Assembly: GCF_036321535.1 (NCBI RefSeq)
Contig: NC_087436.1
Coordinates: forward strand, 83,826,001 to 83,890,000
Direction: 5' to 3'
Source of the DNA: Camelus dromedarius
Taxonomy: Eukaryota
Length of the DNA stretch: 64,000 nucleotides
Made by a program: the position numbers and the translations under genes. Position 1 is the stretch's first letter, and the number at the start of each line of letters is the position of its first letter. Shown in pieces: positions 1 to 14,477 of this stretch. The notes below the pieces were generated by a model. The model was not told the origin of the DNA. It saw only the letters and a program-made list of their open reading frames with translations, and did not search any database.

Positions 1-975
1 TTTCCTCCTGAACCTACCGCCTTTACCATCTTCTCTGTCTCCTCAGGTGTTAACCTCCATGCACCTGTTCACCGTATTTCTCCTCCCTCTTTCACCACAC
101 TCAGACAGCATCTGAGGCAGCTAATATGACTGCCCAGACGGGGTTTAGGAACCTTTTCCTAAAGCCATTTCAAGATTCTGGCCTTAATCACGTGTCATTT
201 TGATGAACTGATTCGCCTCCCGGCCTCTAGTCCTGTCTGCCTAAAACCCCCCTTTACTCAGCTGGCAGAGAAAGCGAGCTGCAGGTAAATCTGACCGTGT
301 CATTTCTTTGCCTCAAATCTGTTATTCTGAAAGCCACACGTGGCTCCCTTGCTCACCTCTGGTCTCATCTCCCATCACTGAAAGCCTTCTCAGAGCACCG
401 CCCTCTCACAAATCCAGAATGCTTGTCATACACCAAGCTCTTTCTTGCCCCAGTGCCTTTGCTCATGCGACTCTCTGCTTAACATACCTTCTCTCTGTGT
501 CTGTCCCCACTTCCCAGTCCTCAGCCTGGCTGATGTCTCCTCATTCTTTAGAACAGTAGAGCTTGAAAGAGTCCCTATCCCCAGGCAACACCCCAGGCCA
601 ATTACAACAGAATTTATGTGAGTGGCTCCCAGAAACGGCTTTTTTTTTTTTTTTTAAAGCTGCCCAGGTGATTTCCATGGTAGCTAAGGCTGAGGACACT
701 GCTTTAGAGTCATGGTGCTCCTCTTCCCTCCAGATTCCAATGCTCTTTTATGATTCCATAATGTTCTGTAACGTCTCTATTATTACACAGCCCGCAGTGC
801 ATTATAATGAGCTGCTTACACGTTGGTCTCTCTGGAGCAAATGACTCCTTCAGGATAAGAACTGCGGTTTTTTGGGTTTTTTTTTTTTTCAAATTTGTAC
901 TTTCAGTATTTAGCTTAGTGACTGGTAGGTACGAGACAATCAATCACCCTTTATGAAAGAAAGAATGAATGAGAA
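1..975 (+). mobile_element. Degraded LINE-2 3' region, interrupted by a MER5-like hAT DNA transposon fragment (about 575-710)
   Basis: Pyrimidine-rich L2-like text (aaatctgaccgtgtcatt) and an L2-type terminus (gaatgaatga). MER5-like words aaagctgcccaggtgattt and aaggctgaggacactgcttta. Confidence 0.5.
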
Positions 976-1549
976 AACAATTTAACTTATGCTAATAAAC
1001 ATCTTCAGAATATTCACATAAAAAGGAAGTGAAATGTCACCCTAATTTGCTCCAGCACTATTCATTTTTTGTTAAGTCCCGAAGCATACAGGCATGAGCA
1101 GGGTGGGAATACAGACAGTTTGCTTTATGATTTGACATGAGGATATTAAGAAACCAGGGCAAGCACTGCAGATTTTGAGGGGACAGGCCCAGGAATGTGA
1201 CACGGGCTATTGAGCTGGCTATGAGATGTAAAGTCTTGCTACAGAGAGAAACAGAAAAGGGAAGCATTTAGGGCTTACTCAGTAACTTCACAGGAAAAAA
1301 AGAAAACCGTTTCTCCTTCATAAGAAACTCCAGTGGGTTGGGATAGGTAGAACATAAATGTGTACTTTTGAGAACTGAAAACACTGTAAAGAGGGAAATG
1401 AAAATTTTGAGCAGAATACTGAGTTATAGAAGAATGTTTGTCAACATTCTGGAACCACTTCAATTCACTAACCTGTTTCTGAGCATCCACATTTCAAGTC
1501 ACTGTGAACTTGAACAACAGAGTCCCTGATACCAAGAAACTTGGTCTAA

Positions 1550-1775
1550 TAATAATGGTAATGGGGCTAACAGTATAAATACATATTTTGAGCATCCACT
1601 GTGTGCCAGGCTTTGTCCAAAGGTCTTTATGCAGATAATGCCATCTAATCTATGGTTAACTTACTATTCTCACTTTTTTAGATGAAGAAACTGAGGCTTA
1701 GGGAAATGAAGTCATTTGCCCCAGGTTGATAAAACTAGGATTTAAACTCGTATCTTTTGGGTTCTAACCCATTCT
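1550..1775 (-). mobile_element. MIR SINE
   Basis: Core motif tttagatgaagaaactgaggcttagggaaatgaagtcatttgcccc, plus ttgagcatccactgtgtgccagg. Confidence 0.75.
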
Positions 1776-2004
1776 CTGCTTTCTTAATAGGGGAGATGAA
1801 ACATGTGCACCAGGGATAAAAGTTCGAATGTGGTATGTTATAAGCAAACAGAAGGCCATAAGAGAATGACATACAAAGTTTTACTTCTCACTGGGAGCAG
1901 GTAAAAGCAGACATCGTAGGGAAGATACCTGAACCAGCTCTGATGTGAAGGGTAGAATTTTGTTGTTCTAAGTTTAGTAACTCTCCTTAATTTTTTTTTC
2001 AGTG

Positions 2005-2215
2005 GTTTTATTATAAAATGTATTTGGATTTCCAGAAGAGTTGCAAAGATATCACAGAGTTCCCCGTACCCTTCACCCAGCTTCCCCTCTGGTTAACATC
2101 TGACATACCCTTGGCACAATGATCAAAACTAGTAAATTAACACTGATACAAGACTATTCACTAAATGACAGGTTTTATTCAGAATTTCCCCACTGATGTC
2201 CTTTCTCTGTTCCAG
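2005..2215 (-). mobile_element. Ancient L1M 3' end fragment
   Basis: ccagaagagttgcaaagat...acccttcacccagcttcccc...gttaacatc resembles L1MB/L1MC 3' ends. Confidence 0.55.
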
Positions 2216-3547
2216 CCTCAAGTAATAGAATTTTTATCAGGAGAAAATTGAAGAAGACGATATTCCAGAAAAGGGGAGGTCCCTGAACAGTGAAAACTAA
2301 TTCTAAGTCCAGGGTACTTCTGTTAAGATGATCAGTGATGTTCACTGCATCTAAATTAGCCTATTAGCAAGTGGAGAATTCACCACTGCTGTTGACTTTC
2401 CTGTCAGTCAGCTCCGCCTGGTTGAACGTAAAGTGATAAATAAGAAGGGAAATCATTTGTGTGACTCCCTTGTTGCTCTGCTCTATTTCCCTTTTGCCTC
2501 AACAGGAACAGAAAATTAGGCTGTGTGCATTTCGGTGTTAATGCACTCTCAACAGCTTTGCTGTCTTGGTCTGACAGTTCTGGCCTCATTGCAACATACC
2601 ACAGATCTGAGAAAAATATGCCAGTCTATGCTGTTTCCCCAAGTAAGTTTTTTCATTTTTCAGGGTAGAACCTTCTCTACCAAAAAGGATAAATAAAGCC
2701 TAGGTCTTCTTCTAAAAAGCTCTCAGAACAGGCATATTTAAAAGAACAACCACCATAAATCCCATAGAGCAATAATACACTAGGCATAAATTTCAAGAGT
2801 ATGTTGCCATTAAAAACAACTGTCACAGAAACATTCACCTGAGTCTCTGGGGAAATATGAATGATAGGAAATCTTGAACCTTGCCAAGTGCTATGTGAAG
2901 AACCAAAAGAAAACTTTCTCAGAGGAATAGCAACAATGTCTCCAAGTTAATTTTCCTTTACTTTTCTTACTGGATTCGATGCATTTCAGCCACGTTTACC
3001 TACTTTTCCATCTTGCCCTGTAGATGGGTCACATTCATATATTATTTTATTTTCATACATCATTTTAAAGGTGTATCAAGAAAAGCTGTTGGATTTCTTT
3101 TCTTTCTTCCTTTTTTTTTTTTTTAAATAAAAGAGCTAATATCAACTTCCTTTCTTTGACTTTAAGATAAAACATGTGACATATTCTGGCTGATCCAGTG
3201 CAGAGGCAGGGCTGCAAGCTGGCTGTGCCCACATTATCATGGACATGACTCAAAGGTCACCAGTCGTCAGTATTTCCTGTTGTTGATAGGACGGCAAAGT
3301 GGCACATTTTTAGTCACATTACTCATAACCACACTTTGGTTGTTTAAATTAGAAGGAATAATAATGAGAGTAATTTGTGGGCAATTAAGCCTCTCCTTTC
3401 TACCTGTCAGTTATGCAAACTAGAAGGAGATTAACAGCACAGTCATGTGTTGCTTCATTTAAGAACAATTTCATGGGGACTTTGAATAATGTGGGTAGTC
3501 TATTAAAATGTTAGAGGAAAAAGTTGAAATCTGCTATGCTTTAAAAA

Positions 3548-4410
3548 AGTTTTATTGAGATATATTTTACAGATTACAGAATTTATCCACTTTAAGTGTA
3601 CAAGACAGTGAATTTTAGTCTATTAACAAAGTTACACAATCATCTACCGGAATTTAATTTTAAAACATCTCCATCGCTCTAAAAAGAAATTTACGCCCCT
3701 TTAGTCACTCTCTATTCCCACCTCCAGCCCTAGGCAACTACTCATTTTCTTTTTCTCTCTATATATTTGTCTTTTAGGTCATTTCATATAAATGGATCAT
3801 ACAATAGGTGTTCTGTGTCTGGCTTCTTTCACTGAGCACGTTTTTGAGGCTCATCCATGTTGTAGCCTGTATCAGTACTGCATTCCTTTTCATTGCTGAA
3901 TAGTTATCCATTCCATGGACATACATTTTATTTACCTTTTCACCAGTTGATGGACATTGAGCTATTTTCACCTTTCGGGCTATAGTGTACAATGCTGCTA
4001 TGATCATTTGCATTCACACTTCTGTGTGGGCATATATTTTTATTTCTCTTGGGCAAATACCTAAGAGTGGAATTTCTAGGTCACATGGTAAGTCTGTTTA
4101 ACTTTTTAAAGCAACTGCCAAGCTGTTTTCCAATGTGGCTGCATCATTTTACATTCTCACCAGCGGTGAGAGTTCTGGTCTCTGCACATCTTTGGCAACA
4201 CTTGTTATTATTTGCCTATTTTCTATACCCATTTTAGTCAGTAAGAAATGGTATCTCATTGTGGTTTTGATATACACTTCCCTAGTGAGTAATGATGTTG
4301 AGTATCTTTTCATGTTCCTGCTGGCTTATCGGTACTATTTATTGGCATTCGTTCTTTGGATAAATGTCTATTCACATCTTTTGTCCTTTTCTAATTGGGT
4401 TACTTGCTTC
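3548..4410 (-). mobile_element. Old L1 (L1MB-like) 3' end with ORF2 C-terminal remnant
   Basis: tttattgagatat... terminus. Minus-strand translation MQMIIAALYTIARK...CPST...ATTWMSLKNVLSERSQTQ matches the L1 ORF2 C-terminus. Confidence 0.85.
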
Positions 4411-5169
4411 TTCTAGCTCCCTGTCTCCTCCTGGAGGAAAGTATTTTCTCCAATTTTGGGGCCATTATTCCCTTGCACTAAAAAAATTGTTTTTATAATG
4501 TAGTGCATTAAAAAAATATTTTATCATGTATTCCTAAACAAAACATCATTTTGCTTCTTCTTGAGCTTTACAAAAATGGATTTATATTGTATGTGGTCTG
4601 CATCAATAGAATCTTGAATATTCTGAAAAATTTAATTTTCTTGTTGGGTAAAATCAATTGTTTTCCAACAGATCAAATCTTTAAGATTTAAAAAAAGCAT
4701 ATAAATGAGAACATGCTGCTGATGAGTCTAGTCTTTTGGAAAATTTAATGCAGTTTTGTAAATGGTGTATAAGGGTAACAAAAAGATGCCCTCAGAATTT
4801 ATGAACATCAGTTTTCACACTAATCTGATATTAGAATGTAGAGCTATTTGCCTCTAAGTAATCCTATCCTGGGAATTTTTCAGTTTGTGAGACTAATTTG
4901 TATAACTTTCCTGTCTCTTCTTTTCTCTGAATCTGATAATTACATCTTTTATTTCTTCTACTGCTTTCAACAGGCTATTTTCTCTGGCAAAGATTTAGAA
5001 AACTGATAATCCTGAACTGTCATTAGAATTAGAGTGAATATTTACGTCCTGATTAAGGGCCTGAGGGATTCTTTTGGAGATGAGTTAATAAACTTTAGTG
5101 CATGGATTATGTGAAATGTATCTCAGTTGCAGAGGCCTTTTTTTTGTTTCCTTGTTTTTAGCTTTTTCT

Positions 5170-5375
5170 GAGCGGAGATGTAAGAGTGTGGGTTTGAAGA
5201 CAGACAGATTTGGTGTTGAACCCTTGCTTTGCCACTTTATTGGCTATGAACAAAATACTCTGTATTACTTAGTCTCTAAATGGGGGGTAGGAATGCATTT
5301 ATCACATACATAGTATGATATTACAAAGTAAGATGATCTCTCCAAAGCACCTAGCATCTCAATAATTTGTGGGTA
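5170..5375 (+). mobile_element. MIR SINE
   Basis: taagagtgtgggtttgaagacagacagatttgg...tgccacttt...taaatggggg...aaagcacctagca follows MIR consensus order. Confidence 0.55.
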
Positions 5376-7770
5376 TTGTCTTTTTATAATATATAAAGAG
5401 GCTTATCAATATCAAGCTCTCAAATTGCTCTTTGGTGACATCCAAGAAGGGGAAAAATAAAAGCAGTGTAGTCACAAAGACTGTACTTCATAGATAAGGT
5501 ACATAATGCTTGCTAGGATAAGACAGGAAAGAATGGAGGACAAGTATGGGATGTGGGGGTGGGCGGTAGCGGTGGGAATGGTGTCAGGGAGAAAGCACCC
5601 AGGAAAGGCAGGTAAGAAGAGCCCCCACATTCCTAGCGGGACAAGTTGACGCCAGCAGGGCCGGACCATCAAGAAAGTCCTGAAAGGGGCCCTCAGCAGC
5701 ACTCAGCTGAGCTCTCAAATTTTATCACCACTTAGATTTTCTTTCATTACTTTTTTCCCTCCACTGACTCCAGAGTTAATCTGTTGTTCACCAAGAGGTC
5801 TGATGTGCCAGCGAATTAACGAATGTGTGGGAGAACAGAGTCTGGAGAGGAGAAGGATTTCCCCCTCTTCTCCTCTCCAGAGAATGAAGAGGGGACAGGG
5901 TGGGGTTTCAGAGACTGTAAGACTGTGGTTGAGAGCAGGTGGACTCTTCCCTACCTCTCTATTGGGCTAGGGTACATGGCTCTGCCTGGGCTTTATACAA
6001 AGAAGCTCTTCTCCCTCCTTGTGTGCTGAGCCTTGCTTAGTCTAAGTGCAGTAAAAACTACAGGAGACATGAGCTTGTCAGCAACCCAAGGTCCTACAGC
6101 ACTGGAAAGTCAAGGAGACAACTTCATGAGCTTGGCAGACATCCCTTGACAGAGTCTGCAACCAACGTGGTGGTATTTACAATCTTAGATGAATTTGCAG
6201 ACAACAGACATCATCTAGTTGATAAGAGGGCAAAAATAGGATTTCACTGGTTTGTTGCATTTGTGTAACTCCCCAGGTATTTTCAGAAGTAACTATGGGA
6301 GAAATGATTAAGGAAATAGCTGATAGTTAGATCATGGTGATGAATCAGACAATTTTGGCTTAAATGGGCATGTAAAGTCATTTAAATCCACAGAGAGATG
6401 AGGTCTCAAGATTTTTGGATTATGTAAACAATAATTTACAAATTAAAACAAAAATAACCAAGTGTATTAATTTAGGAAAAAAATAATAATTGTTATAATT
6501 ATATATTTTTTACTAATAACTATATAATGACAATAAAAGTCTTTAGAAATGTGATGTTTTAGCTAGCATTTGCATTTTCCTTCCTGCATAGGGTCCTTGC
6601 AGTTCATAGATCCTTTTCATGACATTCTAGAATCTCTAGGGATCTAGGGACCGTAAATTGGGAATGGTTCATCTTTTTTCCCATTCAGATAGGGGTAAAT
6701 GGGGCCCGGAATGACAAAGTTAGTATTAGAACTCAGCTCTCTTTTCTATCTGAGTGTTTGTCTATTCTTACCCTCTGTTCCTTCCGGTAACTTTTGATAT
6801 CCATAGCCCATAGGCATGTGTTACAGGAAGGGAAATTAACAAACATACAGAGCACTGAGTGACGTGTAGGGCTGTCAGATATGCTGGTAGCCCATTTCAC
6901 CCATTTCACTCTAGAGATAAAGTACCTTGGTGTGTTGGGTGGAACCGGGGAGAGAAAGATGTCTCAGGCTTGTGGCAGAATGTCACCTTGGTTAATAATT
7001 GGGGAAAGCAAAAATACGAGGCTTATTTATTTAGCACTCCTTAAGAAGCCACAGTACGGACCTCAGGAGAAGAAAGAACAGCCTGGCAGCAAGTTGGAGC
7101 AGGAAGAGGAGAGGCGATAGCAACTGGCCTAGACTTTTGTGAGCTTAGGTGTCAAGAGGGAGAGTGGAGGGCAGCTGGCGTCTGGGTCCTACCGAGTCTC
7201 AGGGAGGCTGGTCATCTCAGCCTTTCCAGCAGAGGGCACTCACAGCTTGGTTTTTCTCAGGCCATACACGTTTTCCCTCCCTGGGTTTCCCTGTCAGATC
7301 TGAGCTAACTTGGGGTCCCAAGCACAGGGTAGGGCAGCTTCCTCTCTTCTGCAGGGGAAACTTCTCCAGTCTATGGAAAGGGAAAGGGACTTCACTGAGG
7401 TCTCAAAATCTAGAGAGGACCTCGGTGGAAATCTCGCTACATTTCCCATGCAGGGTCCAGAACTGAGGGTCCAGCCACATGGATTTCCTTTCTGCTTCCC
7501 TGCTCCCAAATTTGATTAGCTGTCTCCTCAGAATATGTCTGTTCAGAATTCAATACGTTTTATACAAAGTCTTGACTAAAGTTATCATTGCTTAATTAAA
7601 AGTTTCTTGCAAGAGAGAAAATACATAGATGATTGAAGGTGGAAAAGCTAAAGTATTTAACAGATTGAAGAAATGTAAGAAGAAAAAATCCCCACCTATT
7701 TAAGGGACTCAAACACTTGGAAGGCGGGTCCTTATATTCAAGGCATTATTATGCTAGTGATTCTTGGTAG

Positions 7771-8282
7771 TGAAGGGTAGTAGAACATGCCGCCTCAGAA
7801 TGTGCCCTTTAGGAGGTGGATTGTTTTGAACTGTAGGCACCTGAAAAACAGCAAATGCAGGGAAAGGCTTTCTCTGAACTCCCCTTATCTGCCTAAAGAC
7901 AGAGCCTCCAAAAGGAACTCAATTGTCATAAATCCCCTCCCCCAGGAGTTTCATTACAGAAGAGACTGTTTGACACACCTAAACTTTGTCACAAACTCTC
8001 GTAACTCCAGTCTGTTCTTCTAAGGGACCATTCTTCTTTTCTAAAAGTCATTTATTCTCCCCTAAAAGGTCTACATTCCCTTTCCCTTTTCCCTGTGAAG
8101 ACGACTTAAGCCTGATTTCTAAGCCACGTCAGAGAGCTGCACGTCTTTCCCTGGGCTTCTCCTGTGTGTACATGAGGTATCCATGTGAATAAACCTCTAC
8201 TCGTTTTCTCTTGTTAATCCATTTTTAGGGGTCTAGCTAAGGACTCAGAAAGGTAGAGGGAAGTTATTTTTCCTCCCCTATA
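7771..8282 (+). mobile_element. Solo ERV1-class LTR (MER34-like)
   Basis: Starts TGAAGGG...agaacatgccgcctcagaatgtgcc...ttgttttgaactgtaggc, has an internal AATAAA near 8188, and ends ttttcctccccta(t)a. Confidence 0.65.
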
Positions 8283-8563
8283 ATAATTGATTCAAATCCA
8301 TGGTCTACAACTCTTTGTTAATTAACTCTGTATTTAAAAATTGAAAAATGGAATGCTATGCTATTCTTACTAACAACCAAGTCTTAGGTCATTATGTGGT
8401 GTAAATGATTTAAATTAATTGCTGTTTCTTTCTCTTCTTTTATTCAAATCTAGAATTCACAGTGTACTTTAGCCAAATTATTCAAATTATTTTTCTGTTC
8501 CTACAGGGAAGTTAATTCAATCCTTATCCAAGTAGCTTATCATAAAGTTTTACCTATTGCATT

Positions 8564-8603
8564 CTTTTTCTAAATTGAAGTATAGTTGATTAACAATGTT
8601 GTG
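8564..8603 (-). mobile_element. Extremely 5'-truncated L1 3' terminus (about 40 bp) with TSD
   Basis: aattgaagtatagttgatt...caatgttgtgtta is the same terminus seen at about 53912. It is flanked by ttacctattgcatt (8550-8563) and ttacctactgcatt (8604-8617). Confidence 0.65.
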
Positions 8604-8724
8604 TTACCTACTGCATTATTAATTGCATATAATTTTGCCGTACTTTCATGATGGATTTAAAGTTACTAGTACTAGGTAACTCCTTGGTTTCCAATTGTAA
8701 TATAACTCAGTTTCAACATCTAAT

Positions 8725-8726
<2 letters not shown>

Positions 8727-8768
<42 letters not shown>
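8727..8768. repeat. (GT)21 microsatellite
   Basis: Perfect dinucleotide run read directly. Confidence 0.95.
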
Positions 8769-8769
<1 letters not shown>

Positions 8770-9545
8770 GGTGAAGGGGTGTTTCCCAAGACCACCAAAT
8801 AATTCTGGGACCCCAGCTGGTGACCTACAATTCAACTCAATTCTGACACTATTTATTGGAGATAGTGTCAGATCTCATAGGTTAAGGGCTTAAGGGCTGG
8901 GCCCTACAAGACTGCCTTACCCCCCACTTCAGGCACCAATTGCAAATTCAGATTGGCACCTGTGCTTCTGACCAAGTGGCTGTGGGTCAGAGGTTCCAAT
9001 GACCCCTTCCTTGGGTTTGATTAATTTGCTAACATTATGCAAACAATAATTTGCTAACAAATACTAAGCAACGTTTTACTTACTAGATTGCTTATTTATT
9101 ATAAAGTGATATAACTCAGGAATAGCCAGATGGAAGAGATGCATAGGGCAAGGTATTAGGGAAAGGGTAAGAAGCTTCAATAACCGCTCTAATGCATTAA
9201 TCTCCTTGAAAATCCATATAATCACCAACCTGGAAGCTCTCTGACTCTTACCTTTTTGGGTTTTATGGGAGCTTCATTACATAGGCATGACTGATTAAAT
9301 CACTGGCTATTGGCCATTGATCTAGCTTCTACCCCCTCTTGCTTCCCCTGAGAGAACCTCTAATCACGCAGTTAGCTCCCCTGGAAACCAGTCCCCATCC
9401 TTAGGTTTTGTCCAAAAGTCACCTCAGTTAACATAACAAAAGACATCTTCTAGCTCCCATCACTTAGGAAATTCTAACGCTATTATCTCTGTGCCAGAAA
9501 CAGCATGAAGCCCAAATATAACTTCTTATTGTAGATCACAGTAAT
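8769..9545. mobile_element. LTR element (MER21-like)
   Basis: ccagctgg...tacaattcaactcaattctgacact...gatagtgtcagatctcataggttaagggct...agccagatggaagagatgcatagggcaaggtat recognised as MER21-type. Confidence 0.6.
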
Positions 9546-12500
9546 CCAATTAGAAACTTGAGTTCACAACCTACCTCCTAACTCTGACAATTCCTGACTC
9601 TAACAATTTCTTGGTTTAGAGATTCCCACTGATGGATTTATTTGGCAGAAACAAGTTTAAATACTTCCAGCTGGATATGAATATACAAATTTTCATTTTT
9701 TTAGAGGAAACATTTTGTTCATTCTTGAGAGAGTAAGTGAAATTATTTTCTGTACCCTTGAGCAGGAGAGAAAGGCCATTTTATTTCTAAGGACTGGGCC
9801 CTCCTTACCTTGGAAGGAAGGTGTGACAGGCTGAAGAATACATGCTCTAAAAATGGCTGCATCGATAACATTCATTCAACCCTGCATGCTTATCTTACAA
9901 GATGACTGACACTCCTCTCCTTGGAATTTATGTTCTTTCCCTGGAATCTGGGTTTTGACTAATGGAGTATCTCAGAAGTGATGCTATGTGATTTCTAATG
10001 CTAAGTCAACCAAAGATGCAGTTTCTGCCTCTTTCTCTCATCCTGGAGGAACACAGGGCTGTGTGCCCAGATGTCAGGGCACTGAGGGAGGAGTGGTGTT
10101 GATAGCTACACCCTCCCACATTTTTGAGGTGCCAACTTATACTAAAGGGCTCAGAGGCCTTGGATATTAATCCTAGTTATGTTATGGGAGCAGAAACTCT
10201 CTGAAATCTATAGATTGAATAATAGTCAAGAATGAAAAGAGGTTTGCTTCTCCCTCACCCTTTCAAACCAAACTGCGAGTTTTCATTTCAAAGACTCTCT
10301 AGTATCCCAAGAGTGGAAGTAGAGGCTGAGAAAGAAAAATGAACCCAGGCCACTACGTAGCCTTGCCTTTCTCCGTGACTAAGACATGCTGCACCAGGTG
10401 AGGTAAGCACCATGAGAGAGACCTGTGTAAGCTCTGACCGCTGAGTTCAAGGCTAGAAAGCAACTGTTGCCTTTCAACTTGAAAGGATAGGTTAGAGAGG
10501 TTTTGATGAATGGCATCACTTTTGATTTACTCCTGTTGCTTCTTGGCATCTCATTTTGACATTCATCAACAGGCAAGATGTGGACAGAGAGGAGCCCTGT
10601 GGTCTGAACCGGCTGCTAACAGGCACAGGTGTCTTCTATTACATGAGCACCGCCATTGAATGCTTCACACTGAGGTCCTGATGGCTGTGTGGGGATGCCC
10701 TGTCCCCCCACCCCGTACTGTAATCCCTAGGGGCAGTCTGAGCACCTCAGGGTGAATTACAAACCGAGCACAGTACGTTGTAGACATTCCTGTTTCACAT
10801 AGTTTTGTGCTGACCCACATGACTTCTCCACTCTAGAATATCATGAGATTTATTGTTCTGTTAACAAACACTGAGCACTTGTAGACCATTTTTGTATCCT
10901 GCGCTGACATTTGGTACTCTTTGCTATGCTCATGTTCCAGAGATCATAAACAATTTGATAACAGTGAATGGAAACAACGGGTCTCATATGTTTTATAGAA
11001 AAAAAAAAGTATAATCTTAAAATTTATTTTGGGCCAGATGTACTTCCCTTAATTACTGGTTCCAAACATGATTTAGGGATTTTGGATAAAGGAGGTTCAT
11101 TTCTATGTATCATGTCTCATCATATATCTCCTCATATTTTATATAATATACCATTTTTCTTTTCAATGTTCATTTACACAATTATTTTTCTTGATACTCT
11201 CCACTTAAACCTGTTACATCTCACAAATTAATGGATGACTGAAATATGTACATTAAAATTTGCCAATATGGTGATATATGTCTAGTGACAAATAATTTGT
11301 GACATTATAATCCAAGATGCTATAAATATGCAGGGGTGCAAAATATACATTGTGACAGTCTATGCACTGTGTTTTCCTGTTTCCATCTTTTAACTGCCAG
11401 CTTGAACTCTGTAGGCAGGGTCAGAGTTTCATCTTCTAGGCTCCTATAGTAGCTGATAATACTCCATTGTGGCCCCTTTGCTATTGCTGTGTTTTGTGGT
11501 TTACATATCCGGGAACCTCTGAAGGGTTAGAGCTGGGGTCGCTCACATTTCCGACACCTGCATTGTCATATTTGTGCTTGCTGCAGGTGCTTAATTTATG
11601 TCTACCAAGTGAAAGAATGGTTCTTGGGATGTCATTTTGTTTACATCTATTATGGATTCTTGGATTAAGATTCTGGTTGACTTTTGACCTGGTGTAGACA
11701 AATTCTCCCAATTACAGTCAGAGCTGGTTATTATGCCGTGGAAAGTTCTCGGAAGGAGATATGATCTGTTCCTGACTTTTTAAAATTGAGAATTTATCTG
11801 CCAAGTCATCTGTGTCTGTGCTGATCTCTTGAGCATTTCTAATATTATTCTCAGAGAGGAAGTATTAATATACTGTGTCTGTATCTTCCTTTCCTTCTTT
11901 ATCCACATCAGAAATGTTGATGGTTTCTGTTCTGTCACAGTATACCTCCTTGGAAGATAAGCCAAAAACCTTCTCAAAGTGAAATGATTATATCCCTTAT
12001 GAATTCATAATTACTTTAAATGTCTCAGTCATCTTTAAATGAGCATTTCACCTTCAAGGAAAACAAGCAGCTGTACCAGGCCTTGGTTCTTCCACAAAGG
12101 AGGCAACCAATAAAAACTGACCCCTTCCAATAATTTTATTAATTATTTTAAAATATGCTCAAGGCTTGCTCATTTATTTTATGAGTTACATTTATAAAGT
12201 TCATAAATATTTAACTTAATAATGAATTATTAAAACATGCAAGAAGGTAGAAAGCGATCTCATTTGCTACGAGACAAGAAATAATTTTTAGTCAATTTGT
12301 ATAACTACTTCAGACTGCACATAAAATAATGCCACCCAGAACTTTTATTTTCTGTCCAGAAAATGGTAAGTAGTTTTACATAGTTTCATTGAGTATTCTC
12401 CTTTTTTTTTTTTTGCAGTCTTTGCATAAAATTACTTCTTGTTACTGTGATTTGCATAGACTATGAATGGACATTTTGATACTTTAACCTGTTTTTTTCT

Positions 12501-12809
12501 TTCCTCCCATTATCCACACTATTTAGAGGAAATACACTTGAGTAAACCTTATTTTCTTCCAGAAGTAATGGTTCTTTTTTTTTTTTTTTTTTTTGTATTC
12601 CACCCCGGGTTTGAGATTTATTACCTTATTAGTAATGCATTAAATAACTCTTTAGAAGCCTGAGTTACAAAAATTTTTTAAGGGCTAATAGAAAAATGAG
12701 TTAGGTCATAATGAGAAAACATTAGGTTTTAGTGAAGTAGTATCTGACATCTTGATAATCCCCCCCTTTTTTCTGTCACCAGCATTTTGTGTACAGTAAG
12801 GCATCTGTA

Positions 12810-13070
12810 GTGAACTATTCAGGTAAGCAGATGACAGCACTGAGCTCATGTGGGTTTTTCTTGGTGCTACCATTAACTAGCTATATGCACTTAACCTTGC
12901 TGCATTTTATTGCATCTCTAAATTGCATTTCAGTTTTCATATGTAAAGTGGGAAGGATAATAATAATACATCGTAGAGTTATGTTGAAGAGTAATGAGAT
13001 AAGTGAATGGGAAACGCAGAATAATGGCTGGTATGTAGTAAACATTCAGTATACGTGAGCTACTATGATT
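12810..13070 (+). mobile_element. MIR SINE
   Basis: cagttttcatatgtaaagtgggaaggataataataata...ggctggtatgtagtaaacattcagt. Confidence 0.6.
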
Positions 13071-13332
13071 AATAGTGCCAGCCTAGAAAAAATACTAAAA
13101 TAATCATTTAAATAAATATACATTTAATTTTGAGCAAAGGACAAATAAAACTGATTGTCCCATTTTGTGAATGGAGAAGGTGAGGCATATAATTTCGTTA
13201 AATGTTTATCTTAAGCGCCCTGGGATAGGCACTAGTACCTGAAGACACCATGTAACCGAGTGCCTATTTCACACCAGGAGGCTTCACCGTGATTGAAAAC
13301 GACATTTTATCATACAGTAAAGAAACTCTTAC

Positions 13333-13584
13333 GGTTACTAAAGGGGAAAGGGAGGGGACGGATAAACTAGGAATTTGGGATTTGCAGATACAAACTACTA
13401 TATATAAAATAGATGAACAACAAGGTCCTATTGTACAGCACAGGGAACCATATTCAATACTTGTAATAAACTATAATGAAAAGAAATATAAAAAAGAATG
13501 TATATATAAATGTGTAACTGAATCACTATGTTGTACACCACAAACTAACACAACGTTGTATATCAATGACACTTCAATTAAAAA
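13333..13584 (+). mobile_element. 5'-truncated L1 3' UTR with 14-bp TSD
   Basis: L1 3' UTR text (ggaatttgggatttgcagatacaaactactatatataaaatagat...gaatcactatgttgtacacc) and an A tail. TSD aaagaaactcttac at 13319-13332 and 13585-13598. Confidence 0.85.
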
Positions 13585-14477
13585 AAAGAAACTCTTACAT
13601 GCATATGATCGACATTGTTTACAGCAACAAATAGTTTTCAAATTTTATGCAGTACTATCCCTAAAGGGAGATGAGAATGATAAACAAATAATACTGGAAG
13701 GCGAAGGGGCATAGCTGGAGGCAGCCAGCCAAAAGATAGAAATTTATCTGAAGTCCTGTGTTCTATCATCTAAGAATGGAGACTTTGTCCTTTGACTCCT
13801 CTGTAGGTCAAATTCTGGTAGGAAACAGATGGCATTTTCAAACTGGGTAAGTGAGGAGAATTTTATAAAGAGATCTACAAAGATGTAGGCAGGTTTTAGG
13901 GCAATCACAAAGCAGTAGTGTAGTACCATGGGTCTAGTGATGAGCTGGGGTCCAGGACATGACTCTCAGGCCTGAGAAGCCAAGGACCGGAGGACTAGCC
14001 AGGACCCAGCCTAATGAAGAAGCAGGGGTTCCGGTTCAAATAAGGGTGACACAGCCAACACAAGCCCCCCAGCGTGGCTGATAGGGGAAATAAATGCCTC
14101 GACCTTACTCTCTCTCCTCCGTGCCGCCCACCTCCAGCCAGCACGCGGAGAGGCTGAAAGCAGGTGGTGGCAGCATGGCAAGGGGGCCTGTGATCCCCGT
14201 CTATACAAATCAGCCTCCAAGTGCACCAAGCAGGATGAGCAAGGTGAAGAATGGACCGAGAATAGCCGACGGGAGACAGATACAACCACACACATCCATG
14301 TTCCCTTCAATATTAAAGCGACTCACGTACTTCCCATTAAAACTACCACCAGGTGTTTCAAGAAGATTGGCACTTTAGCGTGGAAGGGTTCCTGCACCCC
14401 GGTTTGGGTGGCACAGAAATCAGTAAATCCTTGACTGCACAGTGGATCTTTGGCAACTTCAAATCCCAAACTGAGGG

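Noticed and set aside
13289..13714. 141-aa plus-strand ORF
   Set aside because: GTG start and runs through an L1 3' UTR insertion.
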